From contig NC_043009.1 in the NCBI RefSeq assembly GCF_006345805.1, forward strand, positions 37,448,001 to 37,512,000: 64,000 bases of DNA, in the 5' to 3' direction. Shown in pieces: positions 1 through 13,520 of the stretch (position 1 is its first letter; every line of letters begins with the position of its first letter). The stretch comes from Octopus sinensis. Taxonomy: Eukaryota. Below the pieces are notes generated by a model. The model worked only from the letters and a program-made list of their open reading frames with translations, did no database searches and had not been told where the DNA came from. A program made the translations under genes and the position numbers.

Positions 1-56
1 CCCGTCGTATTATATGTGTATATAATATAATATATTATTATATATATTATATTATA

Positions 57-113
<57 letters not shown>

Positions 114-144
114 GTTGTGTGTGTGTGTGTGTGTGTGTGTGTGA

Positions 145-358
145 GTTTGTGTTCTGTGTTTGTCCCTCCAACTCTTCGCTTGACAACCGATGGTGGTGTA
201 TTTACGTCCCCGTAACTTAGCGGTTCGGCAAAAGAGACCGATAGAAAATGAGTACTAGGCTTACAAAGAATAAGTCCTGGGGTCGATTTGCTCGACTAAA
301 GGCGGTGCTCCAGCATGGCCACAGTCAAATGACTGAAACAAGTAAAAGAGTAAAAGAG
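145..358 (+). mobile_element. 3' half of CORE-like tRNA-derived octopus SINE (family A)
   Basis: cgcttgacaaccgatg...ggcggtgctccagcatggccacagtcaaatgactgaaacaagtaaaagagtaaaagag, shared with the full-length copies at 22743, 40609 and 59272. Confidence 0.9.
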
Positions 359-469
359 ATAGTGACTTCGTAGTTTGAAACCTTGACATAAATTAATAAT
401 GGATCGATATATAAATCGCGGTAAACAACCTTAATCTTATTTTAGAGACTGCAACAACAGCAAAAACAA

Positions 470-1250
470 TAATTCTTCCTAATTTTGGAACAAGGCCAGC
501 CATTTTAGGAGGAGAGGTTAGTTGCTTACATCAACTCCAGTACTAGAATGGTACTTTATTTTATCGACCCCGAAAGGATAAAAGGCAAAGCTGACTTCGG
601 CGGCATTTGAATTCAGTTCCGGAAAAGGTGTTACTAAGCCTTCTGTCCGGCATGCTAGCGATTCTACCAGCTCGCCACTTTGGCAACCCTTTATTATCTT
701 GGCATAAGGCCAGCAATTATGAGGGAAAAAGAAGTCGATTACGTCGACTCCAGTGCACTCTGGTGGTTATTTTATTGACCCCGAAAGGATAAAAGGCAAA
801 TCGACCTCGGAGGTATTTCAAATCAGAACGTAAAGACTGACGAGCTGCCGCTAAGCATTTTGTCCGGCGTGCTTAGCGATTCTGTCAGCTCGCCGCCTTA
901 ATAAGAAGAATTCTTTCTACTTAGACACAAGGTCTGAAAATGTTAGTGAGAGAGAGCTAGTCGATTACATCGACCGCAGTGGTACCCAGCAGGTGCATAT
1001 TTTGTTAATTAGAAAGGCAAAAATTGAACTCCGCAGTATTTGAACACAGAATATGATGCAATCTTCCAACGTGCTAACGATTCTGCCAGCTCGCCGCGTT
1101 AATAATTAGGATTTCTTTAAGTGGTTTCTTTAGTCATTTTGCACAAGAGTAGCAATACTAAGAGAAGGGATAAGTCAATTACATCAATCCCATTGCTCAG
1201 TTAGTACTTGTTTTATCAACCTCGGTAGGATTTGAACTCAGAACATAGAT
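470..1250 (-). mobile_element. Cluster of ~4 head-to-tail degenerate tRNA-derived SINEs (family B, Meta-domain-like)
   Basis: Repeated ttttatcgaccccgaaaggataaaaggcaaag and ccagctcgcc head motifs, matching the full copies at 17401 and 20891. Confidence 0.85.
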
Positions 1251-1885
1251 TATTATGAAATACGAGACTAAATGAGAGTGCTCGACGCAATCTTTTTCTG
1301 CCACTAACAAATTGTCAGTATGAGATTTTATTGTTGTTTAATAAACCTTAAAAAGGTCGTACCAGCCGTTGCAATCTCGTTATCATTCTTTCAGATGCAA
1401 TATACCTATGGCTATAATGGCCACAGTACACATTTATTTTTAAGACCGCAGGGTACAGTTTGAGGGAAATTTTTATTGACTTCATTTAAACAAGTCAGGC
1501 AACCGTACTGAAGCTTCCAAAATAATTTTTTTTTTGTCGTTGTTGAAAATCATGTTGTATATTTCTGGTCTGATTAAATGCAGCATTTAAGGACTAAACT
1601 ATAATCACGGACGTTGTGCTAATAGTAGAATGCGAGATAACAATATAATGGCAATGATGTGTTTCCAATTGTGGATTAGCAGGGTCAGTAGAGCGTCCAA
1701 CAGAACAATTACAGTCAATCTTATGAAAACCAACAGGGAATCAATAGCAGGCATTAACGGTAAGCGTTTTAAATGATATATGTGTGTATACATATACTAT
1801 ATATCTACAAAGTTATGGTAGATATATAAAATATATATTTTTACGTATATTATATATACATATGTGTATGTATATATATATATGG

Positions 1886-1951
<66 letters not shown>

Positions 1952-2105
1952 ATATATATATACACTATATATACATATGGTGTGTGTGTATGTATGTATA
2001 TGTGTGTGTATGTGTGTGTGCGTATTCAAATTTATATACATATGTATACATGAATATATATATATATATATTATATATATTATAATATATAATATATATA
2101 TATTT

Positions 2106-2168
<63 letters not shown>

Positions 2169-2417
2169 AATAAATGAAAGAATGGAGTCGAACGAAGATG
2201 TTAACAAAATTCCTTTACTCTCGACACATGTTTCGAAGACAGCATGTTTTCATTCCAAAGGAATAAAGGTTTCTATCCTTGACAGGTCACTTCAAACGTG
2301 TTTCTGACGTGAATTTGCTACCCAGGTTTCGGTTAAACGAATTTTCTATGCTGACGATAAACATACTTAAATGCATCATTATGTGCAATGTGTGTGTGTC
2401 TGTGTCTGTGTCTGTGT

Positions 2418-2465
<48 letters not shown>

Positions 2466-2952
2466 TGTAGTGAAGAATTGGCAGAATTGTTAGTGCCGAA
2501 CAAAAGTGCAATTCTGGGGTGAAAAGCGGTGTGTAACAGCACAAAAGTATCGACTAATAATCTTATTAAAAATTTGTATCAGCCGTCTAAAATACCACTA
2601 GTTTCAGTGTAAATTCGGTTTTCTATAGTAATCATTTTATACGCATTAATGCTTTGATTGCTATGAATAAAGTCTGTCGTGCAGTTTAATACTTTCATAC
2701 TTAATGATTTGTTATTGCTTTTTTCAATTGTTATCTCAGCAATCGAAGCAAGAATTTGGAAAATTATCTTCGCCTCAAAAACCGAATTTACGTTGAAACT
2801 CGTTGTTGTAGTAAGACTGGAAAATAATCCAACTTTAATTATGTATACGTGGGTGTGAGGGAGGGAGTGTGTATATACACGCACGCACACACACGCACAC
2901 GCACACGCACGCGCGCATACACACACATGTCTTAGAATCAATTATTTTCAAG

Positions 2953-3052
2953 ATGAAGAAGGCTGTGACAAGGATAAAGGACACCTTCACTTTGGGGGAC
3001 TATATAGCAATGATATAAGACGTTTTGGTATCCAGAAGACCCAAAATGGCAG
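2953..3052 (+). CDS. Candidate isolated 100-nt internal exon
   Basis: Acceptor attattttcaag| and donor CAG|GTAAAG; one open frame (D)EEGCDKDKGHLHFGGLYSNDIRRFGIQKTQNG; no homologue recognised. Confidence 0.3.
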
Positions 3053-3117
3053 GTAAAGCTATGTAGATGTCCTAGAAATTTCACAGTTTTGGCTTTGTTG
3101 TCTCGTTTCATTTTAAT

Positions 3118-3149
<32 letters not shown>

Positions 3150-3166
3150 GCACGCATACACACACG

Positions 3167-3200
<34 letters not shown>

Positions 3201-3335
3201 TATGACGAAGAGTTCCGCTCGAAACGTTAAACCCTCCTTCTTCCCTTCCTTCCTGAGCGTCCAATAATACTATAATTGTTCCACGTCCTCGCGTTGTTGT
3301 GTTTTCTCTTTGTGTTTTTATGTTTGGATTAACTT
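3201..3335 (+). mobile_element. 5'-truncated PLE-like mini-element with hammerhead core (same family as 34040, 35021)
   Basis: TGACGA-agagttccgctc-GAAAC-GTT-aaac followed by ~100 bp matching 34160-34259. Confidence 0.75.
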
Positions 3336-3381
<46 letters not shown>

Positions 3382-3829
3382 GAGTGTATTTTTACCTTGT
3401 ATTTTTACCTTGTTAACGCGCGTACTGGACCGTCAGGAAGTAGCTAGAGTGCTACAAGTGTGTTGAAGTCAAATGAACCTACTTTAATTGGGAATTTGTA
3501 GGAGATTAGTTTCGTACTTTTTTGAAATCAATAAATGTCACTCCTGAAAAAGTTTGTAAACCTCTGGTATGCATCTGGTACAATACGAACAACGAAAGAT
3601 AAATACTCACACAATGGATGGTTGGCGCTTTTTTGCACACACAATTTAACCTGTCCGTTACCCGCATATAAGCAAATGAACAAAGCGATAGCCCACACTA
3701 GATTCCAAGAACTCTAATATGATACCTCTTTCAAAAGCTTCTTCATAGCTCTTCTTTTTTTTAATCTATTAAAAGATCCTTCTACAGGTCCTTCTTCACA
3801 TACGAGCACATACACAAATATACACATAT

Positions 3830-4100
3830 ACACATACACACAAACACATACACAAACACTGGAAGCGAACATAAACCAAACCATTTCCTTATGCGAAAAT
3901 GAACCACAGTATACCAAAACTAAACATGCACACAATGACAGACACATACACACAAATACATGGCACATGTCAGACACGCGCACACAATGACAGACACATA
4001 CACACAAACACATACACAAACACTGGAACCGAACATAAACCAAACCACTTACTTATGCGAAAACGAACCACAGTATACCAAAACTACACATGCACACGTA
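3830..4100. repeat. Tandem duplication, period ~164 bp
   Basis: actggaa(g/c)cgaacataaaccaaacc...gaaccacagtataccaaaacta occurs twice (near 3858 and 4022). Confidence 0.85.
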
Positions 4101-4487
4101 CACGTTCGCACTCACAAATGTAATAGGAGGTGTCTAAATGTATATAATGTGAAGAACTGAGGCCGATCAATATACACTTTAAAGCACTATCCTGGCCATA
4201 TTCCTTATATATGTGTGTGTATGTGTTAGTATATGCTTGTGCATATGTGTGTATACGCGTATGTATGTGATTTGTATATATACCTTGTATAGATACATAT
4301 GCAAATATGTATATATACATACATACATACATACATACATACATACATACATACATACATAATTGGGTTTGCTTATATTGTGTATTTGCTGTATATTTCT
4401 CGAAGCTAATATGATTAATAGTTAAGAAATGTCTAAACACGATTGCAGTATTTGATAATTTGTTTAACAGCTTTTGCTGATAATCTT

Positions 4488-4587
4488 NNNNNNNNNNNNN
4501 NNNNNNNNNNNNNNNNNNNNNNNNNNNNNNNNNNNNNNNNNNNNNNNNNNNNNNNNNNNNNNNNNNNNNNNNNNNNNNNNNNNNNNN
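4488..4587. other. Assembly gap (100 N)
   Basis: Run of N. Confidence 1.
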
Positions 4588-4780
4588 AATGTAGCTGTTT
4601 CTTAATTGTGCCCAACGGGTGATATTGCGTTACACATGTATTTCTGCGGATGCGTAAATTGTGTGTCTACATGTGTGTATGTGTGGTGAAAGAGTGTTGT
4701 GAATGGCATACGATGTGTATTAGATAGTGTGTGCGTGTGCATGTATGTTTATGTGCAGGCAGTGGATATGTGAATGTGAA

Positions 4781-4820
<40 letters not shown>

Positions 4821-5513
4821 TGTGTGTGTAGCACGTGCGTGGTGTGTGGTGTATTTGCAAGTGTATTTCATATGGAAAAGAGCGCGAGCCTCATTAAATA
4901 CAACTTCATTAAATACAAACTCATTTGATTCTCAAATTCATATCATGATTTTGAGATTCACTGAGATTATCGAAGTAATTAGTAGATAAAATCTCCCTCA
5001 AGCTGTGTTTAAAATCGAACGACAGCAAAAAACAAGGGAGACAACCACAGTAATACCAGTTCATCAAAAGCTTTGGATAATTAGCTTTCGCAAATTCGAG
5101 TGCACCTGGATTTTTAAAGCAATGGGTGAAAGCATGTGTTTCGGTTTTAATACACCTTATCAGTGAATAGTTTTCTATATATTGGTAAAACTAAAAGTGA
5201 CTAAAGAAAATAGAGGGAATGTAGTAACGCTGATTACGAATATCAATAAAATAACAATATGACCGAGTGCAAAATACCTCAGGGGAATCTTCTACATACT
5301 TAATACAAATATGGTAGGGTCTTACATATGTAGCAAACTTCAAAAAATCGATTTGTAAACAAAGTGATTAGTAAACAAAGTGATTAGTAAACAAAAACTT
5401 CCCCTGGAGATGTTTAAAAATTAAAGCTAGAATTTCGAGGGCGTAATGATAAATAAATAGACTTCTGAGAATTGTTAAGTTTACACTCGCGCACGCGTGT
5501 ACACACACTCACA

Positions 5514-5566
<53 letters not shown>

Positions 5567-5645
5567 TCATTCATTCCCACACTATTTCCTTTTCGAGCCT
5601 GTAACTCTCTCCCTCTTTCTTTCTCTCTCTCTCTCTTTCTCACTC

Positions 5646-5706
<61 letters not shown>

Positions 5707-7099
5707 GCTCCGTATGTACTAAATATGTATCTGTATCTCCATGTGTATGCATGAATATGTATTTATATGTACATATGCATATATATACAGATTTATATAT
5801 GTGTGTGTGTGTGTACATATATACACATCAATATGAAAAATAGTTCATAAGGTTCAAGTATGATATCTTAAAGATGTTTGGTTCAGTAGAACAGCAATAT
5901 TAATATTTAAAGCAATAAGCTATAATTACTGTACAACCTCAATAAGGAAAAAGATTTTTAAAACATATAAATGCCAAACTTAGAGTTTAAATACAGTAAG
6001 TTTGCACGTCATTAATGAAGATCCAACGATGGAGCCTACGACATCACTGTTAGCTGCTTGGAACAGTCACTAATTTTCCTTCAAACCACACATTCTTTAA
6101 AAACGAAGGACAGACATTGAAAAAAGTGGTCCTAAGCAGACACTATGTCTGATAAAATAAGCACGAAAGGGACAAGCTGGAATACGTTTTGTTCATAAGT
6201 TTGGTGAACTGATCTGAGGTAGTGGGGAAGCCTCTGGTAAAAGACAGACTCATAGAATATATCTTGAGCCATTGCAAACCAATACCTATAAATAAGACGT
6301 GAACAGAGAAAGTACTCCAGAGAGTCTATTGGTTAGTTGAAGTCCGGTGGAAGACACAACAAGGGTGATATTAGGGGAAGAGATAAATGGATCAACGCAA
6401 CTGATATGAGCCCAGCTTGCTTCAAAGAATAAAGATATCATAGAAGTCAGAGAGATAAGACATAACGCCAGAGGGTTATTTTAACCCAGGTCGGCAAAGT
6501 GGTCTGTATTAACCACTGGAGGTATGCTTAGCTATCCAAGTGCTCGATAAACATTAAATATTCCGACTACATCAACATATGAGGTACTGAGCAGTTCCTA
6601 GCTTTAGGGGGCAAAAAAGGGGATCAGCTAATTATGATTCTATTCAAAATATTCTATTCAACAGATTCACACACTTATTGCAGCGGTCCTTCAACTTTTC
6701 TAAGCCTTGTAAAAGAACTCGGAAGGTTGGGTCTCCAACCAGGCCTTTCGCAATTCCCTTAAGGTCATGAACTTTTCAGCAACCCCTTGTATGACTGAAT
6801 TTATATTATTTTGTTGGGTTTTTTTTTCATTTTCGTTAAGTATATTTTATTTTATTTTATTTATCTAAATAGCTCTTATTTAAAAACTCTAATGGCACAC
6901 AACAGAGAATGGATAATTGTTTTAAATCAAGAAATTTTTATATTAATTATATTTTTTAATTTTACTTCAGAAATTTACATGATGGGGTTCGATAATTTAT
7001 CAACGATTTAATGAAGGGGCCTATGATATAAAAAATTTACCGAGCCCTGTTTTATGCCGATAAGACATTTTCTTCTCGTGGTTGCAGTCTAGAATATCT

Positions 7100-7735
7100 A
7101 GACTGTCATAGACAGGTGTATCAGCAGCACTGTCCCAGAAGTGAAAGAAATACTCAGTTGTAGAATTTACCTGAGCTTTTTTAATGTGTCATTAATTGTT
7201 GGAGTGGGAGTCTGAAGTATCTTTTGACTCTAAAAGCAAGGACTAATCGGTGGGGTACAATCCAAGATGTACATGTACCAAGAGAACTACTAAGTGATAT
7301 AGCGAAACAGTATTTGGGGCAATCGTTACGAATTATCATTGTGTGATGCTCTTGTTTAAGAGTGTGATGTAGTGATGTTTACATGTGTTTTTATACCGTT
7401 GGAGTATGCCTTCGAGGTCTCTGTTCTTGGGTTCTGTGTATGATGTGTTGATTTCTAGTATCATCTACGCAAGAGTGGGCATTATTGGAGGTGACGGCAA
7501 GTAGGTCATTGATGTATAGAAAGAGGAAAGTAGGGGATAAGACTGACCGTAATGGGGGTGCCCGATTTGATAAAGTTGGGGGACAGAAAAAAACCTGTCA
7601 GCACACGATCGGTTGTGTGATTTGTTACGAAGCTACTGATACAAGAGAGAAGAGATGCCTGGAGCACAAAGGCTGGCAGTTTTTATAGAGGAGTTGCATG
7701 TCTGATATGCTCGAAAGCTTTGCTGATGATATCGA
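7100..7735 (-). mobile_element. Degenerate CR1-type LINE reverse transcriptase remnant
   Basis: Minus-strand translation across frameshifts gives LDI-SKAF...KLPAF...SVLSPT-FLYINDLL...HSCVDD, resembling the CR1/L2 RT motifs. Confidence 0.7.
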
Positions 7736-8943
7736 GGTCGAATAGTTATATGTAAGTTAAATCCGGGTGCGTTATGTGCATGTTCTTAAACAAAATCATT
7801 CATATTTTTATATGAAAAAATATGGAATACTGTAGTGTACCTTTCATTATTTCCCAAATGGTAAAAGCGTAATAAATGATCTGAAATGGTTTCAACCTAG
7901 CAACGAAACTAAATCGCCGGATCGTCTTGTAGAGAATGTAATTCACTATAATGAGAATAACGTTAATATATGAATTGTAGTTAGTATAAAAATCTAGCTA
8001 AAAATAAGTATGCGTTGAAGGAAAGACATCATTAGTGCGATGACTAATACTATTTTAATGTAGAATCAATCACTGACTATTTCAGTATTCTTTTAGACAA
8101 CTCTAACTGACAACTCCAAGAATGTTTCTTTATTATTAGAGTTCCACAACGATGTTTAGACTCTCCAGTAATTACCGAAGTAGTGATGAAAGTATCACAA
8201 CGTAGATATACAATAATTTACTCCAATAGACGGGAAATATTTAGAATTTTTTTTATTTAATGAATAACTGAAATCAATTATTCAGTCACGCCATCCGCAT
8301 CGAAAACAACTGCTAAATTTTCTTTAATAGATTTGAAGGAGTGAACATCAGAAATCTACAAGCGTATTGCTAGTATACACTTTACATTGATGAAAAACTG
8401 AAGTTGATCTTTGAGAGGATTTTTAAACATAGAACTAAGCAGGACAATGACCAACGAATGCAGTTCATTTAATCCAGCGCTGACACTCTCAGTCCACTAC
8501 TTTTATATATTTGTCTTTAATATTGATTTTCAAGCCTATAAATTTCTAAAGAATCTAGGTTAATGCTGTCCTCTACAGCACAAGGAGATAGGTCAGTATT
8601 ATCTAAAGAAAGAGTAACTCTACCTACACCGCAGTGATTTCTGCTATTATCCAATAGAAGCATTGATGACACCAATACTGTTATTAGCCACTTATTTTTT
8701 ATCTTCTGTCGTCTTTCATTGTATTCCCATTTTCATCAGCATTTTGTTAGCCTTTTTCTTACTATTTACTTTCTTGTTCACTTGTTTATTTCTTTTTTTT
8801 TTCTTAATCTTTGTTTTATGTTCTTTATTTTGCTTCTGTTTCTGATTTGTCGCCCTATAAACTCTCTTGTCAAAATGTCAACATGATTATACGGTTTATT
8901 AGCATCTACCTACCTTCCTTCCTATGAATCTGTCTACCTACCA

Positions 8944-8987
<44 letters not shown>

Positions 8988-9151
8988 GTCTGTCTGTCTA
9001 TCTATTTATCTATCTATCAATATATCCGTCTATCACTTTATCTATCTATCACTTCCTATTTCTTTTTATGTACGTAAGTATGTATATATGAGAGTGTATT
9101 TAATTTTGTATACATATATATGTATTTAATTGTGCATATTACATATATAAA

Positions 9152-9243
<92 letters not shown>

Positions 9244-9311
9244 GTGCACAAATACATACAAGCATACATAAATACATGCATTATATAAATGCATTTATGC
9301 ATGCACACAAG

Positions 9312-9420
9312 CATACCTAAATACAATTATTCAAGTTAATATAAATACATACCTAAATACAATCATTCAAGTTAATATAAATACATACCTAAATACAATC
9401 ATTCAAGTTAATATAAATAC
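9312..9420. repeat. 36-bp minisatellite, 3 copies
   Basis: catacctaaatacaat(t/c)attcaagttaatataaata x3. Confidence 0.95.
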
Positions 9421-10639
9421 TGGCATAAATAACTGCATGCATACAATCACACATACATACATACATACATACATACATACATACATACATACATGCATGC
9501 ATGCATGCATACACGTGATTTAATGACAGAGATTATATTACTAATCTTATTCTACCTTAAAGCTTCGTCGGCGTCATTGATATTCCAGATCACACCATCA
9601 TTTTCTTCTTCAAAACTATCAGAACCAAATACGAATTGAATATTTGTAGCTTTGTTTCTCGTTACTACTAATTGTCGCAGCGCATAGCTTTTTGGCTTAT
9701 CTTACTATTGTCATTGTTGATCGTTTCATTTACTGATCAGAAGCTGATATTGTTGCTAATGTTGCAAATATTGCTTCTGCTAGTTATTGCTGAGGAAGCC
9801 AATGTCGTTGATGTTGCTATGGCGGATATTGATTTTGCTATTGCTGCTGTTTTCGTTGCTAATGATGATGCTATTGCTGTTGTAACTGAAACTGATAGTT
9901 TTGTGTCGTTATTGTTCCGGCAATGACCTCTCTGCCTCTTTTCATGGAAATGGGAATAACATGTCTAGGATTACACCATCAAAGACTTTTAGGGGGTTGG
10001 TCAGTAGGATGCAATTTGATGGAGATTTAGCTGATATTCTTAGCAGATCGAATAACCAGCTTTGAGATCTTAGGGTCACTTGTTGTTAACGCAGTTATTA
10101 TTGCCGTTACCATTGACGTTTCTGCCCTTCTATCAAAGACGTGGCTTGCTACCTTTGATAGTATTATTATTGTTCTTGTTGATAATGTTCCTCTTACTAC
10201 TAATGTTGTTACTGTTGCTATTAATAGTGTTGTAGTTATGATGTCCTCGTTGCTACTGATAATGTTGTTATTGCTGTAATGCTACTGTTGTTCCTCTTAA
10301 TAGCATTGTTGCTGCTGTTGCTATTGATGTTGACGTTGCTATTGATAATGTTACTGTTGCTATTGATATTTTCGCTGATATTATAAGTGTTGTTGCTGTT
10401 CCTATAAATGTCACCACTGCTGCTGTCTGGGGTGTTGCTATTGATAATGTTGCTTTTGCTGAGGATATTCTCGATATTCATAATATTGCTGTTGATTTTG
10501 AGGCTGTTGCTGTCTTCTTCCAATCAGGACTCACGCCATTAGCAACAAATAATAATCTCTAATTCGAGCCTACTCTAAGCTACTAAGAATGCGTGTGGCA
10601 ACTTGAACATCCACGTCATTCTGCCGAGACGTCAACGAG

Positions 10640-10805
10640 AAGACGAAGGTTCGACTCAGTAGCTATTTTTCAAATATGGTACTTATTCTATCAGCCCTTT
10701 TTTTTTTGCTGAACCGCTAAGTTATAAGGTCGTAAATAAATTATCATCGGTTGTGAGGCGGTGTTGCGGGACAAACACAAACACAAAGACACGCGCATGA
10801 ATACG

Positions 10806-10840
<35 letters not shown>

Positions 10841-10851
10841 TATATATATAT

Positions 10852-10893
<42 letters not shown>

Positions 10894-11105
10894 TATATAC
10901 ATATATATATACATAAATACACACACACACACACAGACGACAGGCTTCCACACAGGTTCTATCAACCAAATTCGCTCACACGACATTGGTCATCCCAGTC
11001 CTATAGTAGAAGACACTTGCCGACATTTGACCAAAGTGCCACACAGTGGGTCTGAACCCGAAACCACGTGATTGTAAAGCGAGCTTCTTAAGTACATACC
11101 CATTC
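10640..11105 (-). mobile_element. Degenerate family A SINE with internal (TA)n/(CA)n
   Basis: gaagacacttgcc, gggtctgaacccgaaaccacgtg head and gaaccgctaagtta body. Confidence 0.75.
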
Positions 11106-12396
11106 CTATTTATTGTAATTGATACATTTCCATTCCTGTGAGCATACCAAACGTACATACCATCATACAATCCTCCACCCGGTACAGTTTTCATAATCAG
11201 TTAAGGCTCCGTAGTCGAGTGATTTGGTCCCCTTGGCAGAATATGGAATCAGAGCGCAAAGAGAAAGGATCGGACACCGCAAGATATTTTGTGAGAGGCT
11301 CTAATAATATGTGTATGTATGCCTGAATGTGAGTGTATATAAGTGTGATTGTGTATGTGTGTATATGTGTATGTGCGTATGTGGATATGCTTCGTTTATA
11401 ATTAAATAACAAGGTGGCTTGCTTGCAGAATCGTTAACGCGTCGGACAAACTACTTGGCATTTCTTCTGGCCCTTTATGTTCAGAGTTCAAATCGTGTCG
11501 AGGTCAACTTTGCTTTTCTTCTCTTCGGGATCGATAAAATAAAGTACCATTCAATCGATTTAATCGATTTGCCCCTCTCTTCAATCTCACTGAACTTAAA
11601 TCCTGCAATGGACCAGTGTTGCATTCGGAAGGTATGATGTGACCTCGGTCGCTTTTACGCCATGGAAACTGGGTAACCAGCCTTATGAGACCCAAAGCTC
11701 GAGAAACGATAAATAATTTAACAACATATTTGTGTAACGAGTACAAGATTCGAGAATGTCTGCATGACAAGGAACCGTTATGCAATTTTCAAGCTAAAAC
11801 ACCTAAGTTCGTTTGAAATATGAAACATGGAAGTAAATTCCATCTAAAAATAAAATTTTTAAATCAATAATTGCATAAACGGAAAACAGAGAAACGATTC
11901 AACTTATTCTCCCAGACATTATATATAAAATGTATATATTTATTTACTTATTTATTTATTCATTTTACCTTAAAACCAAGAAAAATAGCCTTTAGAATTC
12001 GAGTACAATCTGAGGTTACTGAATTGAAGAAAATTACCAAATTCTAGAAATACTCAAACAGTTAAAATGTTTATCAACTATGAAGGTATGTGTACGATTG
12101 CAAATGGCAGCAGACATCTTATTATAATTGGCCTTATGTCCGTCCATCTGTCTGTGACCTTTTACGGCCAAACGATTGGTTACACTTGCACGAAACTTGG
12201 CAGTCTTACTAAGGACGTCTCGAGAATGGTTTATATGATGTTTAAAATGTTTTATTAGAAAGACTCGCTACACTGCTTCGATTCCTACGAAACTAAGGAA
12301 GCCATTTCCATATACATAAATAAAAATACATTTAAAAAATGATGCAACAGGGAATTTTGTCAGTGAACAGGTCGCGATCTCAAAGCGACGAAAATA

Positions 12397-12940
12397 TAGG
12401 GTTGTCCGGAAAGTTCGTGCCGATTTTTAAAGGAAAGAAAAAGGTCAATAAATACTTGCCATTACATTTTTAATCAACCAAATATGAACCATTTTGTTGC
12501 ACAATGCGTCTCCATCTTAACTTTAACTTGAAAATACCCACTTCCCAGAATTGAGGTGGCTTCATGGCAAAGAATTCATCACGGTATCTTTTAACGTCAT
12601 CCAAGGAATTGAAATTTTTACCATTAAGACTATTCTGCAGACACTTAAATAAGTGGAAATCCGAAGGAGCAATATCTGGTGAATATGGAAGGTTGGGTAG
12701 CACATCCCAGCTGAGCTGCAGCAATTTTTGTCTGGTTCCCAAAGCATCAAGTGCCGAAAATGAACTTTTTTATCTTCCATTTTAAAGGGTTACAGAATTA
12801 ACACAGGTTATAGGAACATAAATATTCTTCCACGAAAAGATAGCTTAAACTGTGCTCTAAATGGAGGTATAATCAAATCTTATTTTATGAACTCAACCAT
12901 GTTCTAAAATAAGTCGACACGAACTTTCCGGACAACCCAA
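12397..12940 (-). mobile_element. Internally deleted mariner (544 bp), both TIRs and TA TSD
   Basis: TIR GGGTTGTCCGGAAAGTTCGTG at both ends; TA at 12395-96 and 12941-42; N-terminus MEDKKVHFRHLMLW fused to C-terminal PYSPDIAPSDFHLF...NGSYLVD. Confidence 0.95.
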
Positions 12941-13200
12941 TATTTTGGCAAATTTAATTTAAATGTTGGAGTGAATCTAACGGTTTATGTGTGTTTCTTA
13001 AATGGCTTATAAACGCCTTCCACGCTGCAATAAAAATGAATTATACGGAAATCGGCCATAGTAACAAAACAGAAACATAACCTAAATGGCATTTATGAAA
13101 ATTCAAACAGTACTTTCAATTCTTCTTTCATTATTATCTCTACAGCGGTTCTGGGTATAGATGGGTTGTGCGACACAAAGTGTGTGAGAGACACACAGAG

Positions 13201-13257
<57 letters not shown>

Positions 13258-13520
13258 CAGAGAAAAACACAGACACACAGAAACAGAAAGACACACTGTG
13301 TGTATGTATGTGTGTGCGCGTGCGCGCGTTTCCTTTTACCCCCACCCCTCAACACATTGATGGGATGTGCGAAACAGAAAGTGTGTGACACAGAGTGAGA
13401 GACACAGAGAGGTAGAGAAAAAGAGAGGGAGAAAACACAGATAGACAGAAAGAGGGAGAAAAAACAACAGTGCGTGTGTGTGCATTTCTTTAAAACCCCA
13501 TCAACACACTTCCTCTACAA

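Noticed and set aside
2205-2335. Partial hammerhead (GAAAC-ATGT-GTC, minus strand)
   Set aside because: No CUGANGA found at a compatible position
10236-10523. Asn/Ser-rich 95-aa ORF
   Set aside because: Degenerate trinucleotide repeat tract
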